A stretch of 57,957 bases of DNA from a virus (taxonomy: Duplodnaviria; Caudoviricetes): positions 1-57,957 of IMG/VR virus record IMGVR_UViG_3300034375_000839; one strand, written 5' to 3'. The position numbers and the translations under genes are program-made. Numbering within the stretch: position 1 is the first letter of the stretch; each line of letters starts with the position of its first letter. Of the stretch, positions 38,965-47,793 are shown in pieces. The notes below the pieces were generated by a model. The model worked only from the letters and a program-made list of their open reading frames with translations, did not search any database and was not told where the DNA came from.

Positions 38965-39324
38965 CTACCACTCCTCTATTTTAAAGTTGCTGAATAACTT
39001 ATCATGGTCAATGTATCTCTTGCCCATAAAGGTTACTCTCTTTTTAAGTTCCTCAAGAGTTAAGTTCTTAGGTGATACTGATTCACCCATCTCATCACAT
39101 GACATGATAACTGCATTGCCACTTACAATGTAATCATCTATGGTAAAGAAGTAATTGTATTCTCCCAAGTTACCTTCCTCATCAGTCCATATGTCATTAC
39201 CATTTATTTGGTATGGATACATTTCTAACATGTTACAATTAATTAGTTCTTTTTTATGATGATAATCTACTACATCAGTTTCAACTATCAATTCATTCTT
39301 AGCATCTATAAAATAAGCTTTCAT
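38965..39324 (-). CDS. DUF3846-like early protein
   Basis: MKAYFID...IWTDEEG...IVSGNAVI..CDEMGES motif. Confidence 0.55.
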   Translation of the reverse strand: MKAYFIDAKNELIVETDVVDYHHKKELINCNMLEMYPYQINGNDIWTDEEGNLGEYNYFFTIDDYIVSGNAVIMSCDEMGESVSPKNLTLEELKKRVTFMGKRYIDHDKLFSNFKIEEW

Positions 39325-39413
39325 TAGTTTTCTTTCCTTTGTTGTTTAAGATACAATACAATAGGCAATTACTGCCCAAAATACTATTGTTGCGACTAGG
39401 TCATAACTCATTG

Positions 39414-39680
39414 TCATATTCCCACTCTCATTTCTGCAATGGCTTGCATTTCTATATCTTCAAACTCTAACCTTTCCATTTCCTTTTTTGCTAGTTGTAA
39501 GATACGTGACCTACTAATAGTACCATCATACTCATGCTCCCATTGTATGTAACCATCTGCATTAAAGATAATATATACATCATCTTTAACATCATACTCA
39601 CAATAGTAGTAGTCATTAGCAAGCATTACATTAGGTGGTAACTGCTCTTCATCAGTCTCTAAGTTATATATTATACCCAT
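39414..39680 (-). CDS. Hypothetical early protein
   Basis: Likely start MGIIY at 39680 after RBS AAAGGA. Confidence 0.5.
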   Translation of the reverse strand: MGIIYNLETDEEQLPPNVMLANDYYYCEYDVKDDVYIIFNADGYIQWEHEYDGTISRSRILQLAKKEMERLEFEDIEMQAIAEMRVGI

Positions 39681-39693
39681 TTTATTTTCCTTT

Positions 39694-40104
39694 CTATATG
39701 TAAACTTTAGGGTTACCATTTTGTGTTGAATCCATGTGTATCATACCAACCCAATCTCTTGGAATCTCATTCCATTCTTTAGGTTTGTATTGGTTATCAC
39801 TCATGCCTTGATGCATGAAGTAATCATCTTCATATGGGTTATATTTTACTCTATCCCAATCAGCAAACTCTTTCTTCAAAGATTCTGATGTGGATACAAA
39901 ATACTCACTCATATAGCCTACTGCAAAGGCATGAACATTCTTCTTACCTTCTTGTCGCACTCGCTTCTGTCCACCTTTACGAACAATAAAGTTACCTTCA
40001 AGCACTACACATTTCTTATGGTCTATCACTAGACCACTCTTGCAATCTTGTATGCTCCAAGTTTTCTTGTGTAAGTTCCAATAAACTCTAACTTTTTTCT
40101 TCAT
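39694..40104 (-). CDS. Conserved phage hypothetical early protein
   Basis: VRVYWNLHKKTWSI, G.KRVRQEGKKNVHAF and VKYNPY motifs. Confidence 0.6.
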   Translation of the reverse strand: MKKKVRVYWNLHKKTWSIQDCKSGLVIDHKKCVVLEGNFIVRKGGQKRVRQEGKKNVHAFAVGYMSEYFVSTSESLKKEFADWDRVKYNPYEDDYFMHQGMSDNQYKPKEWNEIPRDWVGMIHMDSTQNGNPKVYI

Positions 40105-40378
40105 TACTTTTCCTTTCATGTTGTTTATACCAATCTAAAGATGCTCCTCTAATTAGATTTGTATACTCTATACCATATCCACTTCCTGCCTTCAATGTTT
40201 CTTTATCAAGTAAGTGTTTATGCATATGGTCTATGTTATCCCAATTATCTAATATCTTTTTACATAAATAATCAAATTGGGTATCTTCTAAAACATTCAA
40301 ATCACATTCATAATATAAGTATGAACTCATTAGATAAATAGGAACTAGCCTATTATTTGAAATGTTATTTAATTCCAT
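40088..40378 (-). CDS. Stand-alone NAD+-dependent ligase domain Ia-like protein
   Basis: SSYLYYECDLNVLEDTQFDYLC resembles the YY..D.P.ISD.EYD.L NAD+/NMN-binding subdomain Ia of LigA; no catalytic ligase domain follows. Confidence 0.55.
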   Translation of the reverse strand: MELNNISNNRLVPIYLMSSYLYYECDLNVLEDTQFDYLCKKILDNWDNIDHMHKHLLDKETLKAGSGYGIEYTNLIRGASLDWYKQHERKSNEEKS

Positions 40379-40958
40379 GTATCCTTCTCCATGTTACCCA
40401 AGTAATTGCTTGTAATTCATATGCCTTGATACCTAGTTTTTTAGATGCTCTAAGGTAGGCTTTTTGTATATCCTTATACTCAGTCTTGGCAATGCTTGTA
40501 TTGGGTGTAGTCAATCCTTGTCTATCATTGTAGTAAATATTTCTTGCATGACCATCAATGGTAATATCTTGCTCATCTCCACTTATATTTCTAAAGAATG
40601 ATACAATCTTTTTACCATTTAGTATTGTAATTGTTTCTTCGTAGCTAGGCATTGTTTCAAGTATGTGCCAAGCTTTTGCCTTCATCTTATGATAGGTGCT
40701 TACCTTGATGCTATCCATATCATTGCCATTGATAAAGGCAGTACATAAATCTTTAGCATTAATAATATTCCTTTCCCATTTATTGTTTGGTGATAATGCA
40801 CTTGTTACACCAATAACAATATGAATAGGTAAATCCAATTCTAATGCAATCTTTTTACAATCAGTATAAGCATTTACATACCAAGTTAAACCATGTTTTA
40901 TTTCACTTGGATTGGCTAAATGATATACTAAAATAATATTCTTAGTTGTAATTGCCAT
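40365..40958 (-). CDS. Conserved phage protein, possibly HhH/DNA-glycosylase-like
   Basis: G..WY, SALSPNNKWERN, GKKIVSFFRNI, ITIDGHA and LQAITW motifs; the fold assignment is inference. Confidence 0.5.
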   Translation of the reverse strand: MAITTKNIILVYHLANPSEIKHGLTWYVNAYTDCKKIALELDLPIHIVIGVTSALSPNNKWERNIINAKDLCTAFINGNDMDSIKVSTYHKMKAKAWHILETMPSYEETITILNGKKIVSFFRNISGDEQDITIDGHARNIYYNDRQGLTTPNTSIAKTEYKDIQKAYLRASKKLGIKAYELQAITWVTWRRIHGIK

Positions 40959-40979
40959 TATTTATCCTTTCAAGAAATG

Positions 40980-41004
40980 AAAAGGAAGCACATAGTATGC
41001 TTCC
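40980..41004 (-). terminator. Rho-independent terminator-like hairpin
   Basis: Minus strand GGAAGCA-tactatg-TGCTTCC followed by TTTT, just after the 41016-41228 ORF. Confidence 0.55.
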
Positions 41005-41015
41005 CTAATTAAGTT

Positions 41016-41228
41016 TTACTTAACCAAGCTTATGCTTGATTTATGAACATTAAGCTTTTGAGCAAGTGACTCAATAAACTGTTCAGTTGTACACCACTTA
41101 CCACTTAGTAAGTCTTGGTTACTGTTTCTGAAAGTAACACTTGTTAGGGTTGGTGCATTCTCACTACCATTGTTATGAGAAATAGAGAAAGTTTTAAATC
41201 CTTTAGGATTGTATGAATTTTTAAGCAT
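41016..41228 (-). CDS. Early cassette gene 1 (hypothetical)
   Basis: 70 aa preceded by RBS GAAAGGA and repeat copy 1. Confidence 0.6.
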   Translation of the reverse strand: MLKNSYNPKGFKTFSISHNNGSENAPTLTSVTFRNSNQDLLSGKWCTTEQFIESLAQKLNVHKSSISLVK

Positions 41229-41309
41229 AACATTTTCCTTTCATTTAGTTGTTAATTGCTTAGTAGTATATATTGATTTCTATGTATCCATAGTTCAAAT
41301 ATACTTAGC

Positions 41310-41336
41310 TAGGTAGGAAAGGGGAAGCCCTACCTA
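41310..41336. terminator. Hairpin between cassette genes 1 and 2
   Basis: TAGGTAGG-aaaggggaagc-CCTACCTA inverted repeat; U-tract is weak. Confidence 0.35.
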
Positions 41337-41352
41337 ACAAGGTATACTTGGT

Positions 41353-41562
41353 TTACTTTAACCTAGCTATATTATTTTCTATTGCATCATAAAATATGTC
41401 CTCATTAAATCTTGGGTTTTGTGATGCACAATAAACCCTTACCAATTCTATTTCTGAATGAGTATAATTATTCCTAGCAATGATTTTAGTTATTTCTTCA
41501 AAATCTCTTTTAGTAGGATTTTTTCTAATCTTGTATTCAAATACGTCATCTCTAATCCACAT
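41353..41562 (-). CDS. Early cassette gene 2 (hypothetical)
   Basis: 69 aa with TKRDFEEI...NPRFNEDIF..A motif; RBS GAAAGGA and repeat copy 2. Confidence 0.6.
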   Translation of the reverse strand: MWIRDDVFEYKIRKNPTKRDFEEITKIIARNNYTHSEIELVRVYCASQNPRFNEDIFYDAIENNIARLK

Positions 41563-41604
41563 TGTTTTATTCCTTTCTGATTAGTTGTTATTATATATTG
41601 ATTT

Positions 41605-41838
41605 CTATGTATCCATTTTTCTAAATTTGTAGTATTCATCAATTTTTTCTAGTGTATTATGTCTAGCATTTAGTATATTAGATAAATCAATTATATCTAC
41701 ATATTTAGGATTAATAGATAATAATTCATTTAGTAATTCATCAAATACTCTTTTTACTTCTTTTACTTGATAGTTTTTAAAAGTATCTTTTCCAAACTTT
41801 CTTGTAATTTCTTCTTCTAGTTTTCCTGTAGTATTCAT
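41605..41838 (-). CDS. Early cassette gene 3 (hypothetical)
   Basis: 77 aa; its stop codon lies inside repeat copy 2; preceded by repeat copy 3 and an RBS. Confidence 0.55.
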   Translation of the reverse strand: MNTTGKLEEEITRKFGKDTFKNYQVKEVKRVFDELLNELLSINPKYVDIIDLSNILNARHNTLEKIDEYYKFRKMDT

Positions 41839-41891
41839 AATGTTTTCCTTTCTGATTAGTTATTATTATATATTGATTTCTATGTATCCAA

Positions 41892-42143
41892 TTAGATAAC
41901 ATTATTTAATTTACCTTGTTGTATCATTAATATAATAAATCTTTTTAACATATCTTTTTCTTCAATTAGATTAAGCTTCCTATTTCTTTTATTTTCTATT
42001 TCGTCATATGGGTAAATAAAACTATCATATAATAATTCTATGTTTTTATCTAAAATTATATTTAATAGTTTATCTTCTTTTATACGTGATAAGAAGGAAG
42101 CAGTATCTAAATCCATATCATTTTTATTAGTTATCATAATCAT
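41892..42143 (-). CDS. Early cassette gene 4 (hypothetical)
   Basis: 83 aa; ends 1 nt from repeat copy 3; preceded by repeat copy 4 and RBS GAAAGGA. Confidence 0.55.
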   Translation of the reverse strand: MIMITNKNDMDLDTASFLSRIKEDKLLNIILDKNIELLYDSFIYPYDEIENKRNRKLNLIEEKDMLKRFIILMIQQGKLNNVI

Positions 42144-42720
42144 TTATCCTTTCATTGTTTAATGATTTGTGTTTATAAATTTCTTATTAGTATATATTGA
42201 TTTCTATGTATCCAATATAGTTTTATATAGTTATTTCAATAACTTATATTAATATTGGGTAGTGGGTAGGTAGTAAGTAAATAATGCAATATATAAACTC
42301 ATTAGATTAATAATAGATTTATGTAATCTTTCTAATCTAAACAGTTTGTTTTATTAAAAAATTTATATAGATATATATTGATTCTTATGTATCCATTTAG
42401 AAAAAGGTAGTTTTTTGATAGAATTATATAGAATAGTATCTACCCCTACCAAAAAATCCTAGCTGTATATAATATATATATACCCTACCCCTAAATATTT
42501 TTAAAATTTTACAGGACTAACCATGCTCAACCTAGCTAAATGGGTCGCCGCCTGATTAAGTTGATATGAGTATTTATAGTTTGAGTATAAAGTAATATAT
42601 AATTACAATAGGAGGTTGGGGTCTATCTATTTACCCCCGGAGGTCTAAATAGAAAATAACATACTTTCCTATTTTATACAATAGTGTTATAATATTTTTT
42701 ATAACAACAAAGGAAAACTA
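42144..42720. other. AT-rich divergent intergenic region (candidate genome terminus / packaging or replication origin)
   Basis: Longest non-coding stretch, separating leftward early from rightward packaging genes; short GGGTAG/CTACCC repeats and inverted repeats. Confidence 0.45.
42665..42693 (+). promoter_or_regulatory. Extended -10 promoter for the packaging operon
   Basis: TTTCCT-17 nt-TATAAT with TGn extension (TGTTATAAT), upstream of 42721. Confidence 0.5.
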
Positions 42721-42933
42721 ATGTATGAGCTTTTTGTATTAGCATGTTTAATGAATGACCCTACCCAATGTAAAACTTTAGCAGATTTAAAAAGTCCACA
42801 TGACACACATGACAAGTGTCTAGCAAGAGCCTATGTCATTGCAAGTGAATTACATACTTATATGCCTGGGTATTTTCCAAAAGCATATAAGTGTTTTGAT
42901 AAAAACAAAGAAGAAGGTAAAATAAATACATAA
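42721..42933 (+). CDS. Small Cys-containing protein with hydrophobic N-terminus
   Basis: MYELFVLACL...C...C...YKC; RBS AAGGA. Confidence 0.55.
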   Translation: MYELFVLACLMNDPTQCKTLADLKSPHDTHDKCLARAYVIASELHTYMPGYFPKAYKCFDKNKEEGKINT

Positions 42934-44456
42934 TGGAAGAAAAAACTAATATAGAAAATTACCTAGACTTTAAGATTAACTTAGATACATATATTAATTT
43001 AAGAGCAAGAGATGACTTTCTTACATTTGTAAAAGTATTTGCTCCTACTCTTGTATCTGATTTTAAGATGGGTAAGCATATTAAGTTACTATGTAGTAAA
43101 TTACAGGGTGTGGTAGATGGTAACATTAAGAGACTTATGGTATTTCTACCACCTCGTTCTTCTAAATCATTGATATGTAGTAAGTTATTTCCTGCATGGT
43201 ATATAGGTAACTTTTCAAACCATGAAATAATGTCAGTTTCACATAGTGACCAGCTTGCTTCTGACTTTGGTAGAACTGTAAGAGACATAGTTAATACAGA
43301 AAAGTTCCAAAGAATATTTAAAGGTGTAGCATTACGTAGTGACGTTAAGGCAGCAGGTAAGTGGAAAACAAATAAGAATGGTTCATACTATGCAGCAGGT
43401 GTAAGAAGTCAGGTTGCAGGTAGGGGAGCAAACATTGCCTTGCTAGATGATGTCATGTCAGAAGAAGATTCATTTAGTCAGACAGGTAGGAAGTATATCA
43501 AGGAGTGGTATCCTGCAGGTTTACGAACAAGGCTTATGCCTAATGGGTCAATTATTATTATTAATACAAGGTATCACTATGATGACCTATGTGGTTGGTT
43601 GTTAAAGCAGGAAAAGACTGCAGAGCAAAGCACCTATCCCTGGGAAGTTATTAGTATTCCGGCATGGTTAAATGAAGAAGCAGCAGAGTTACTAGACCTG
43701 CCTGTAGGTAGTTCGTACTTCCCTGAGTGGAAATCAGACGAGATACTACGAATAGATGAGCAGGAAATCAGAGCAAGTAATGGTGCAAGGTATTGGAACT
43801 CATTATATATGCAAGACCCTTCCCCTGATGATGGTGGTATAATTAAAAAGAAATATATAAACTGGTGGGAGTATGAAGAACCACCTGAGTGTCAGTTTAT
43901 TATACAGACATATGATACTGCATTTAGTACAAGTAGAACTGCAGACTATAGTGTTATACAGACATGGGGTATATTCCATGATTATGACGAGGACTATGGT
44001 CATGCATCTCATTTGATACTATTAGGTAACACAAGAGGTAGGTATGAGTATCCTGAACTTAGACGTATTGCACAGGATTTGTATAGAGACTTTAGACCTG
44101 ACGTATGTATTATAGAAAAGAAGGCAAGTGGTCAGTCTCTTATACAGGACATGCGTAGGGCAGGATTGCCTGTACTAGATTATCTTCCGGATAAAGATAA
44201 AGTTGCCAGAGTATATGCATCTACTCCCATGATGGAAGCAGGCAGAGTATGGCTACCTAAAAATAAAATATGGGCAGATGATTTATTTTCTGAGTGCATG
44301 TCATTTCCTAATGGCTCACATGATGACCAAGTAGACTGTATGACTATGGCAGTACACTACATGAAAGACAGTTGGAACTTAACACACCCGGAAGACCCTT
44401 CCTGGGAGGATGATGGAAGTAAAAAGGATAAAAGGGTTGCGTACTGGAGGGTATAA
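42933..44456 (+). CDS. terL: Terminase large subunit
   Basis: RLMVFLPPRSSKS (Walker A), LLDD (Walker B), IINTRYHYDDL, nuclease YDTAF / IIEKKASG / HDDQVD. Confidence 0.95.
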   Translation: MEEKTNIENYLDFKINLDTYINLRARDDFLTFVKVFAPTLVSDFKMGKHIKLLCSKLQGVVDGNIKRLMVFLPPRSSKSLICSKLFPAWYIGNFSNHEIMSVSHSDQLASDFGRTVRDIVNTEKFQRIFKGVALRSDVKAAGKWKTNKNGSYYAAGVRSQVAGRGANIALLDDVMSEEDSFSQTGRKYIKEWYPAGLRTRLMPNGSIIIINTRYHYDDLCGWLLKQEKTAEQSTYPWEVISIPAWLNEEAAELLDLPVGSSYFPEWKSDEILRIDEQEIRASNGARYWNSLYMQDPSPDDGGIIKKKYINWWEYEEPPECQFIIQTYDTAFSTSRTADYSVIQTWGIFHDYDEDYGHASHLILLGNTRGRYEYPELRRIAQDLYRDFRPDVCIIEKKASGQSLIQDMRRAGLPVLDYLPDKDKVARVYASTPMMEAGRVWLPKNKIWADDLFSECMSFPNGSHDDQVDCMTMAVHYMKDSWNLTHPEDPSWEDDGSKKDKRVAYWRV

Positions 44457-44465
44457 CAGTATAAT
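44437..44465 (+). promoter_or_regulatory. sigma70-like promoter upstream of the portal gene
   Basis: TTGCGT-17 nt-TATAAT. Confidence 0.55.
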
Positions 44466-44637
44466 GAAGATATTCAAATACAATACTGTAACCTACTGCG
44501 TAGAGTGTGGAGCAAAACGATATAGTAAATATTGTAAGTGCAACAGGTTACCAGTAAAGATGGGCAAATCCACAACCACAAAAAAATATAAAAGTCCAAT
44601 GATAAGGAAAGAGAATGGCAGTAGAAAAGAATCCTAA
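44464..44637 (+). CDS. Small basic Zn-finger-like protein
   Basis: MKIFKYNTVTYCVECGAKRYSKYCKCNRL... (CxxC...CxC); start uncertain, no clear RBS. Confidence 0.35.
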   Translation: MKIFKYNTVTYCVECGAKRYSKYCKCNRLPVKMGKSTTTKKYKSPMIRKENGSRKES

Positions 44638-47098
44638 TGAAGAAATAGCTCAAGATAATGTTATTAACTTAGATATTCAAAAAGAAAATACAATGAATAA
44701 TGTAAGTTTTGAACTTGACCCTGACACAGGTGAATTAGAGGTAGAGTTTGAATCTGACATAGTTGAAGAAATTGAGGAAGAGCAAGGAACTTTTTATGAG
44801 AACCTTGCAGACCTTATGGAAGAAGAAGACTTACAGGACATTGCAAATACTGTAATAGAAAAATATGATGCAGATAAATCTTCTAGGTCAGAGTGGGAGT
44901 CAATGTTTGAGAGAGGGTTTGACTTACTAGGACTAAAGCTTGAAGACACTACAGAACCATTTGAAGGTGCAGCAACTGCAGTACACCCACTACTTATTGA
45001 ATCTGCAGTTAAGTTTCAGAGTAAAGCAAGTGGAGAGTTATTTCCTTCTAAAGGACCTGTAAAGGTACAGATACTAGGTGACGTTACAGAAGCAAAGCAA
45101 AAACAGGCAAATAGAGTTCAGAACTTTATGAACTATCAAGTATCAGAACAAATGCCTGAATACTTTGATGAAACAGAAAGAATGTTGTTTCATTTGCCAC
45201 TACTAGGTTCTGCATTTAAAAAAATATATTATGATGATTCACTAGATAGACCTGTAAGTGAGTTTGTACCTATTGACCAATTTTATGTATCGTATTATGC
45301 TACAGATTTAAGAAGAGCAGATAGATATACACATATTCTTTATAGAAGTCCTGTAGAACTTGCAAGACAAATAAATGCAGGTATGTATAGAGACATAGAC
45401 TTACCTGACCCTACACAACCTACTCAGTCAGCAATGGCAGAAAAGATGGACACAGTATTAGGTCTTACACCTTCTACAGATACTGACCCCCAATATACTT
45501 TACTAGAACAGCATTGTTATCTTGAAATAGAAGACTATGACACTGCCTGTCCATATATTGTAACTGTAGAAGAGCAGTCACAAAAGGTATTGTCAATTAG
45601 AAGAAACTGGAATGAGGATGACAAAACAAAACAAAAGAAAATGTTTTTTACTCACTATAGATTTGTTCCTGGGTTTGGTTTCTATGGACTAGGACTTATA
45701 CATTTCTTAGGTAACCTTACAATGTCTGCCACTGCAGCAATGAGAAGTTTAATTGATGCAGGTCAGTTTGCAAACTTGCAGGGTGGTTTTAAAGCCAAGG
45801 GTGTTAAGGTTGTAGGAGATAATGACCCTATTGCTCCAGGTGAGTTTAAGGAAGTGGAAGCAACAGGCATGGACTTAAATAAGTCTATTGTAATGTTTCC
45901 ATACAAAGAACCTTCTAGAACTTTATTTGAAATGATGCAGTTTGTTGCAGGTGCAGGACAGAAGTTTGCAGACACAACTGAACAAGTTATAAGTGAAGGC
46001 TCTAACTATGGTCCTGTAGGTACAACTATGGCTCTGTTAGAAGCTTCAAGTAAATTCTTTTCTGCAATACATAAGAGATTACATAAGGCACAGAGAGAAG
46101 AGTTTAAGGTACTTGCACGTATTGATTCAGAAAGTTTACCCCAGAGATATCCTTATGATGTCCCAGGAGAGTCTTCAGAAATATTTAGAACTGACTTTGA
46201 TAAAAAGATTGACATTATTCCTGTAAGTGACCCTAACATTCCTTCGTCTGCTCACAGACTTATGATGACAAATATGGCAATGCAGGTAGCACAAAACGCA
46301 CCTCCGGGTATGTTTAATATGGAAGCATTAAATAGAACATTACTTAATGCAGCAAATATTCCTAACTTGGAAAATATTATGCCAAGTAAACCTAAACCAA
46401 TGCCACTTGACCCTGTTACAGATATTGAAGCAGCAACTAAGGGATTACCTATCAAGGCATTTACAGGTCAGAACCATGATGCCCATATTCAAATAAAGAC
46501 TATGTTCTTACAAGACCCTGCAAATGGTGGTAATCCAATAATGCAAAGAGTAAGTCCAATACTTCAGGCAAACATACAGGAACATGTAGTAATGAAGTAT
46601 CAGGAACAAGTCAATGGTATGACAAGACAGATTATGTCTCAAGCACCTCAAGGTGACCCTAACATGCAGAACCCTCAAGTTATTGAGCAAGTTATGGCTC
46701 AGGCTGCACAACAAGTTATGCAGGCAAATCAAGCAATGGCTCAACAAGGTGGTTCACCTGAACAACAAATGGTACAGATGGAAGCTCAAAGACTTGGTCT
46801 TGAAAAAGAAAAAGTTCAGGCACAGCTTGCAAAGGAAGCTACTGAGGGTGCATTAAAGAATAGAGACCTTGACCTTAAAGAACAAAAGATTGCCCTTGAT
46901 GCTTATAAGATAGGAGCAGAAGGTTTACTTAAAGCAGAAGAAAGAGAAAAGGACAGAAATACTGAGCAGGCAATGAATGCAGTTAAAATGCTTGTTGACA
47001 TGATAAAGCAGGGTGATAGTATTCAAAGTGCAGAAAGTATAAAGACTTCTGACGTTCTTATTAAAATGCTTGAAGATGCAAAAAAAGAAAGAGAATAA
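44615..47098 (+). CDS. Portal protein
   Basis: 827 aa downstream of terL; PFEGA..VHPLL, LPLLGSAFKKIYYD, Y.FVPGFGFYGLG, PVGTTMAL; Gln-rich coiled-coil C-terminus. Confidence 0.9.
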   Translation: MAVEKNPNEEIAQDNVINLDIQKENTMNNVSFELDPDTGELEVEFESDIVEEIEEEQGTFYENLADLMEEEDLQDIANTVIEKYDADKSSRSEWESMFERGFDLLGLKLEDTTEPFEGAATAVHPLLIESAVKFQSKASGELFPSKGPVKVQILGDVTEAKQKQANRVQNFMNYQVSEQMPEYFDETERMLFHLPLLGSAFKKIYYDDSLDRPVSEFVPIDQFYVSYYATDLRRADRYTHILYRSPVELARQINAGMYRDIDLPDPTQPTQSAMAEKMDTVLGLTPSTDTDPQYTLLEQHCYLEIEDYDTACPYIVTVEEQSQKVLSIRRNWNEDDKTKQKKMFFTHYRFVPGFGFYGLGLIHFLGNLTMSATAAMRSLIDAGQFANLQGGFKAKGVKVVGDNDPIAPGEFKEVEATGMDLNKSIVMFPYKEPSRTLFEMMQFVAGAGQKFADTTEQVISEGSNYGPVGTTMALLEASSKFFSAIHKRLHKAQREEFKVLARIDSESLPQRYPYDVPGESSEIFRTDFDKKIDIIPVSDPNIPSSAHRLMMTNMAMQVAQNAPPGMFNMEALNRTLLNAANIPNLENIMPSKPKPMPLDPVTDIEAATKGLPIKAFTGQNHDAHIQIKTMFLQDPANGGNPIMQRVSPILQANIQEHVVMKYQEQVNGMTRQIMSQAPQGDPNMQNPQVIEQVMAQAAQQVMQANQAMAQQGGSPEQQMVQMEAQRLGLEKEKVQAQLAKEATEGALKNRDLDLKEQKIALDAYKIGAEGLLKAEEREKDRNTEQAMNAVKMLVDMIKQGDSIQSAESIKTSDVLIKMLEDAKKERE

Positions 47099-47290
47099 AT
47101 GCTATCAGATGAAATAAGTAGAGCATTAGATAAAGAAATCGAAACAATAAAAAATTCCCTTGCATATGGTTCAGCTTCAGATTATCATACGTACATGAAC
47201 TGTGTAGGTCGCATTGCAGGTATTGAATGGGCTAAAGCAGAAATTAAAAACATAACTAGAAAAATGTTAGATGAAGAGGATGACGATTAA
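47099..47290 (+). CDS. Small conserved head-module protein
   Basis: 63 aa; L..G...DY..Y...VG.I.G motif; lies between portal and GroES. Confidence 0.6.
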   Translation: MLSDEISRALDKEIETIKNSLAYGSASDYHTYMNCVGRIAGIEWAKAEIKNITRKMLDEEDDD

Positions 47291-47706
47291 TGCAACAACC
47301 AAGTATGGGAGCAGCAACAAAGAATGATATGTGGATAACAGAGGAGCATGTAGAAGACCCTGCAGTACTCCCTACTATTCCAGGATTTCATATTCTTGTA
47401 AGACCTATATCAATAAAAGAAAAAACAAAAGGTGGATTATACTTACCTGATTCTGTAAAGAATGACATTGCTTACTTAACTACAGTAGGTAAGGTTCTTA
47501 CAGTAGGAGACTCAGCTTACTTAGATGAAGCAAAGTTTCCAAAAGGACCTTGGTGTAAAGCAGGAGACTATGTATGTTATGGTAAACATTCAGGTCAAAA
47601 GTTTTTTTATAAAGGTACTAAACTACTATTGTTATATGATGACCAGATTTCTATGGTTGTAGAAGACCCTAAAGATTTAGACCCAACATATAACTTATCA
47701 AATTAA
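47290..47706 (+). CDS. groES: GroES/Cpn10-like co-chaperonin
   Basis: P..ILVRP....EKTKGGLYLPD...GKVL.VG..AY....PWCK.GDYV...K.SG...LLL.DD.I motif. Confidence 0.85.
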   Translation: MQQPSMGAATKNDMWITEEHVEDPAVLPTIPGFHILVRPISIKEKTKGGLYLPDSVKNDIAYLTTVGKVLTVGDSAYLDEAKFPKGPWCKAGDYVCYGKHSGQKFFYKGTKLLLLYDDQISMVVEDPKDLDPTYNLSN

Positions 47707-47720
47707 TTTCTTAAGCTTGC

Positions 47721-47749
47721 TTGCAAAGTAATTGAAATTAATATATAAT
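47721..47749 (+). promoter_or_regulatory. sigma70-like promoter for the scaffold/capsid genes
   Basis: TTGCAA-17 nt-TATAAT. Confidence 0.7.
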
Positions 47750-47793
47750 CAAAAATATGCGTAAACTTAGTTTCGCAAACTATGGAGAAATGA

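Larger units (their letters stand above)
41267..42395 (-). repeat. Five copies of a 24-bp element TGGATACATAGAAATCAATATATA (putative early promoter / cassette boundary)
   Basis: + strand tatatattgatttctatgtatcca at 41267-41290, 41592-41615, 41867-41890 and 42191-42214, with a 2-nt variant at 42372-42395. On the - strand the first four run into TATAAT or TATACT, then an RBS and an ORF. Confidence 0.92.

Noticed and set aside
41267-42395. CRISPR array interpretation of the 24-bp repeats
   Set aside because: Intervals are about 157-301 nt and irregular, and most contain ORFs with RBSs; the repeat is not palindromic; no cas operon is present.
42500-42660. tRNA or structured ncRNA in the GC-richer patch of the intergenic region
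   Set aside because: No cloverleaf, T-loop GTTCRA or CCA end could be identified by eye; an Infernal/tRNAscan run would be needed to exclude this fully.
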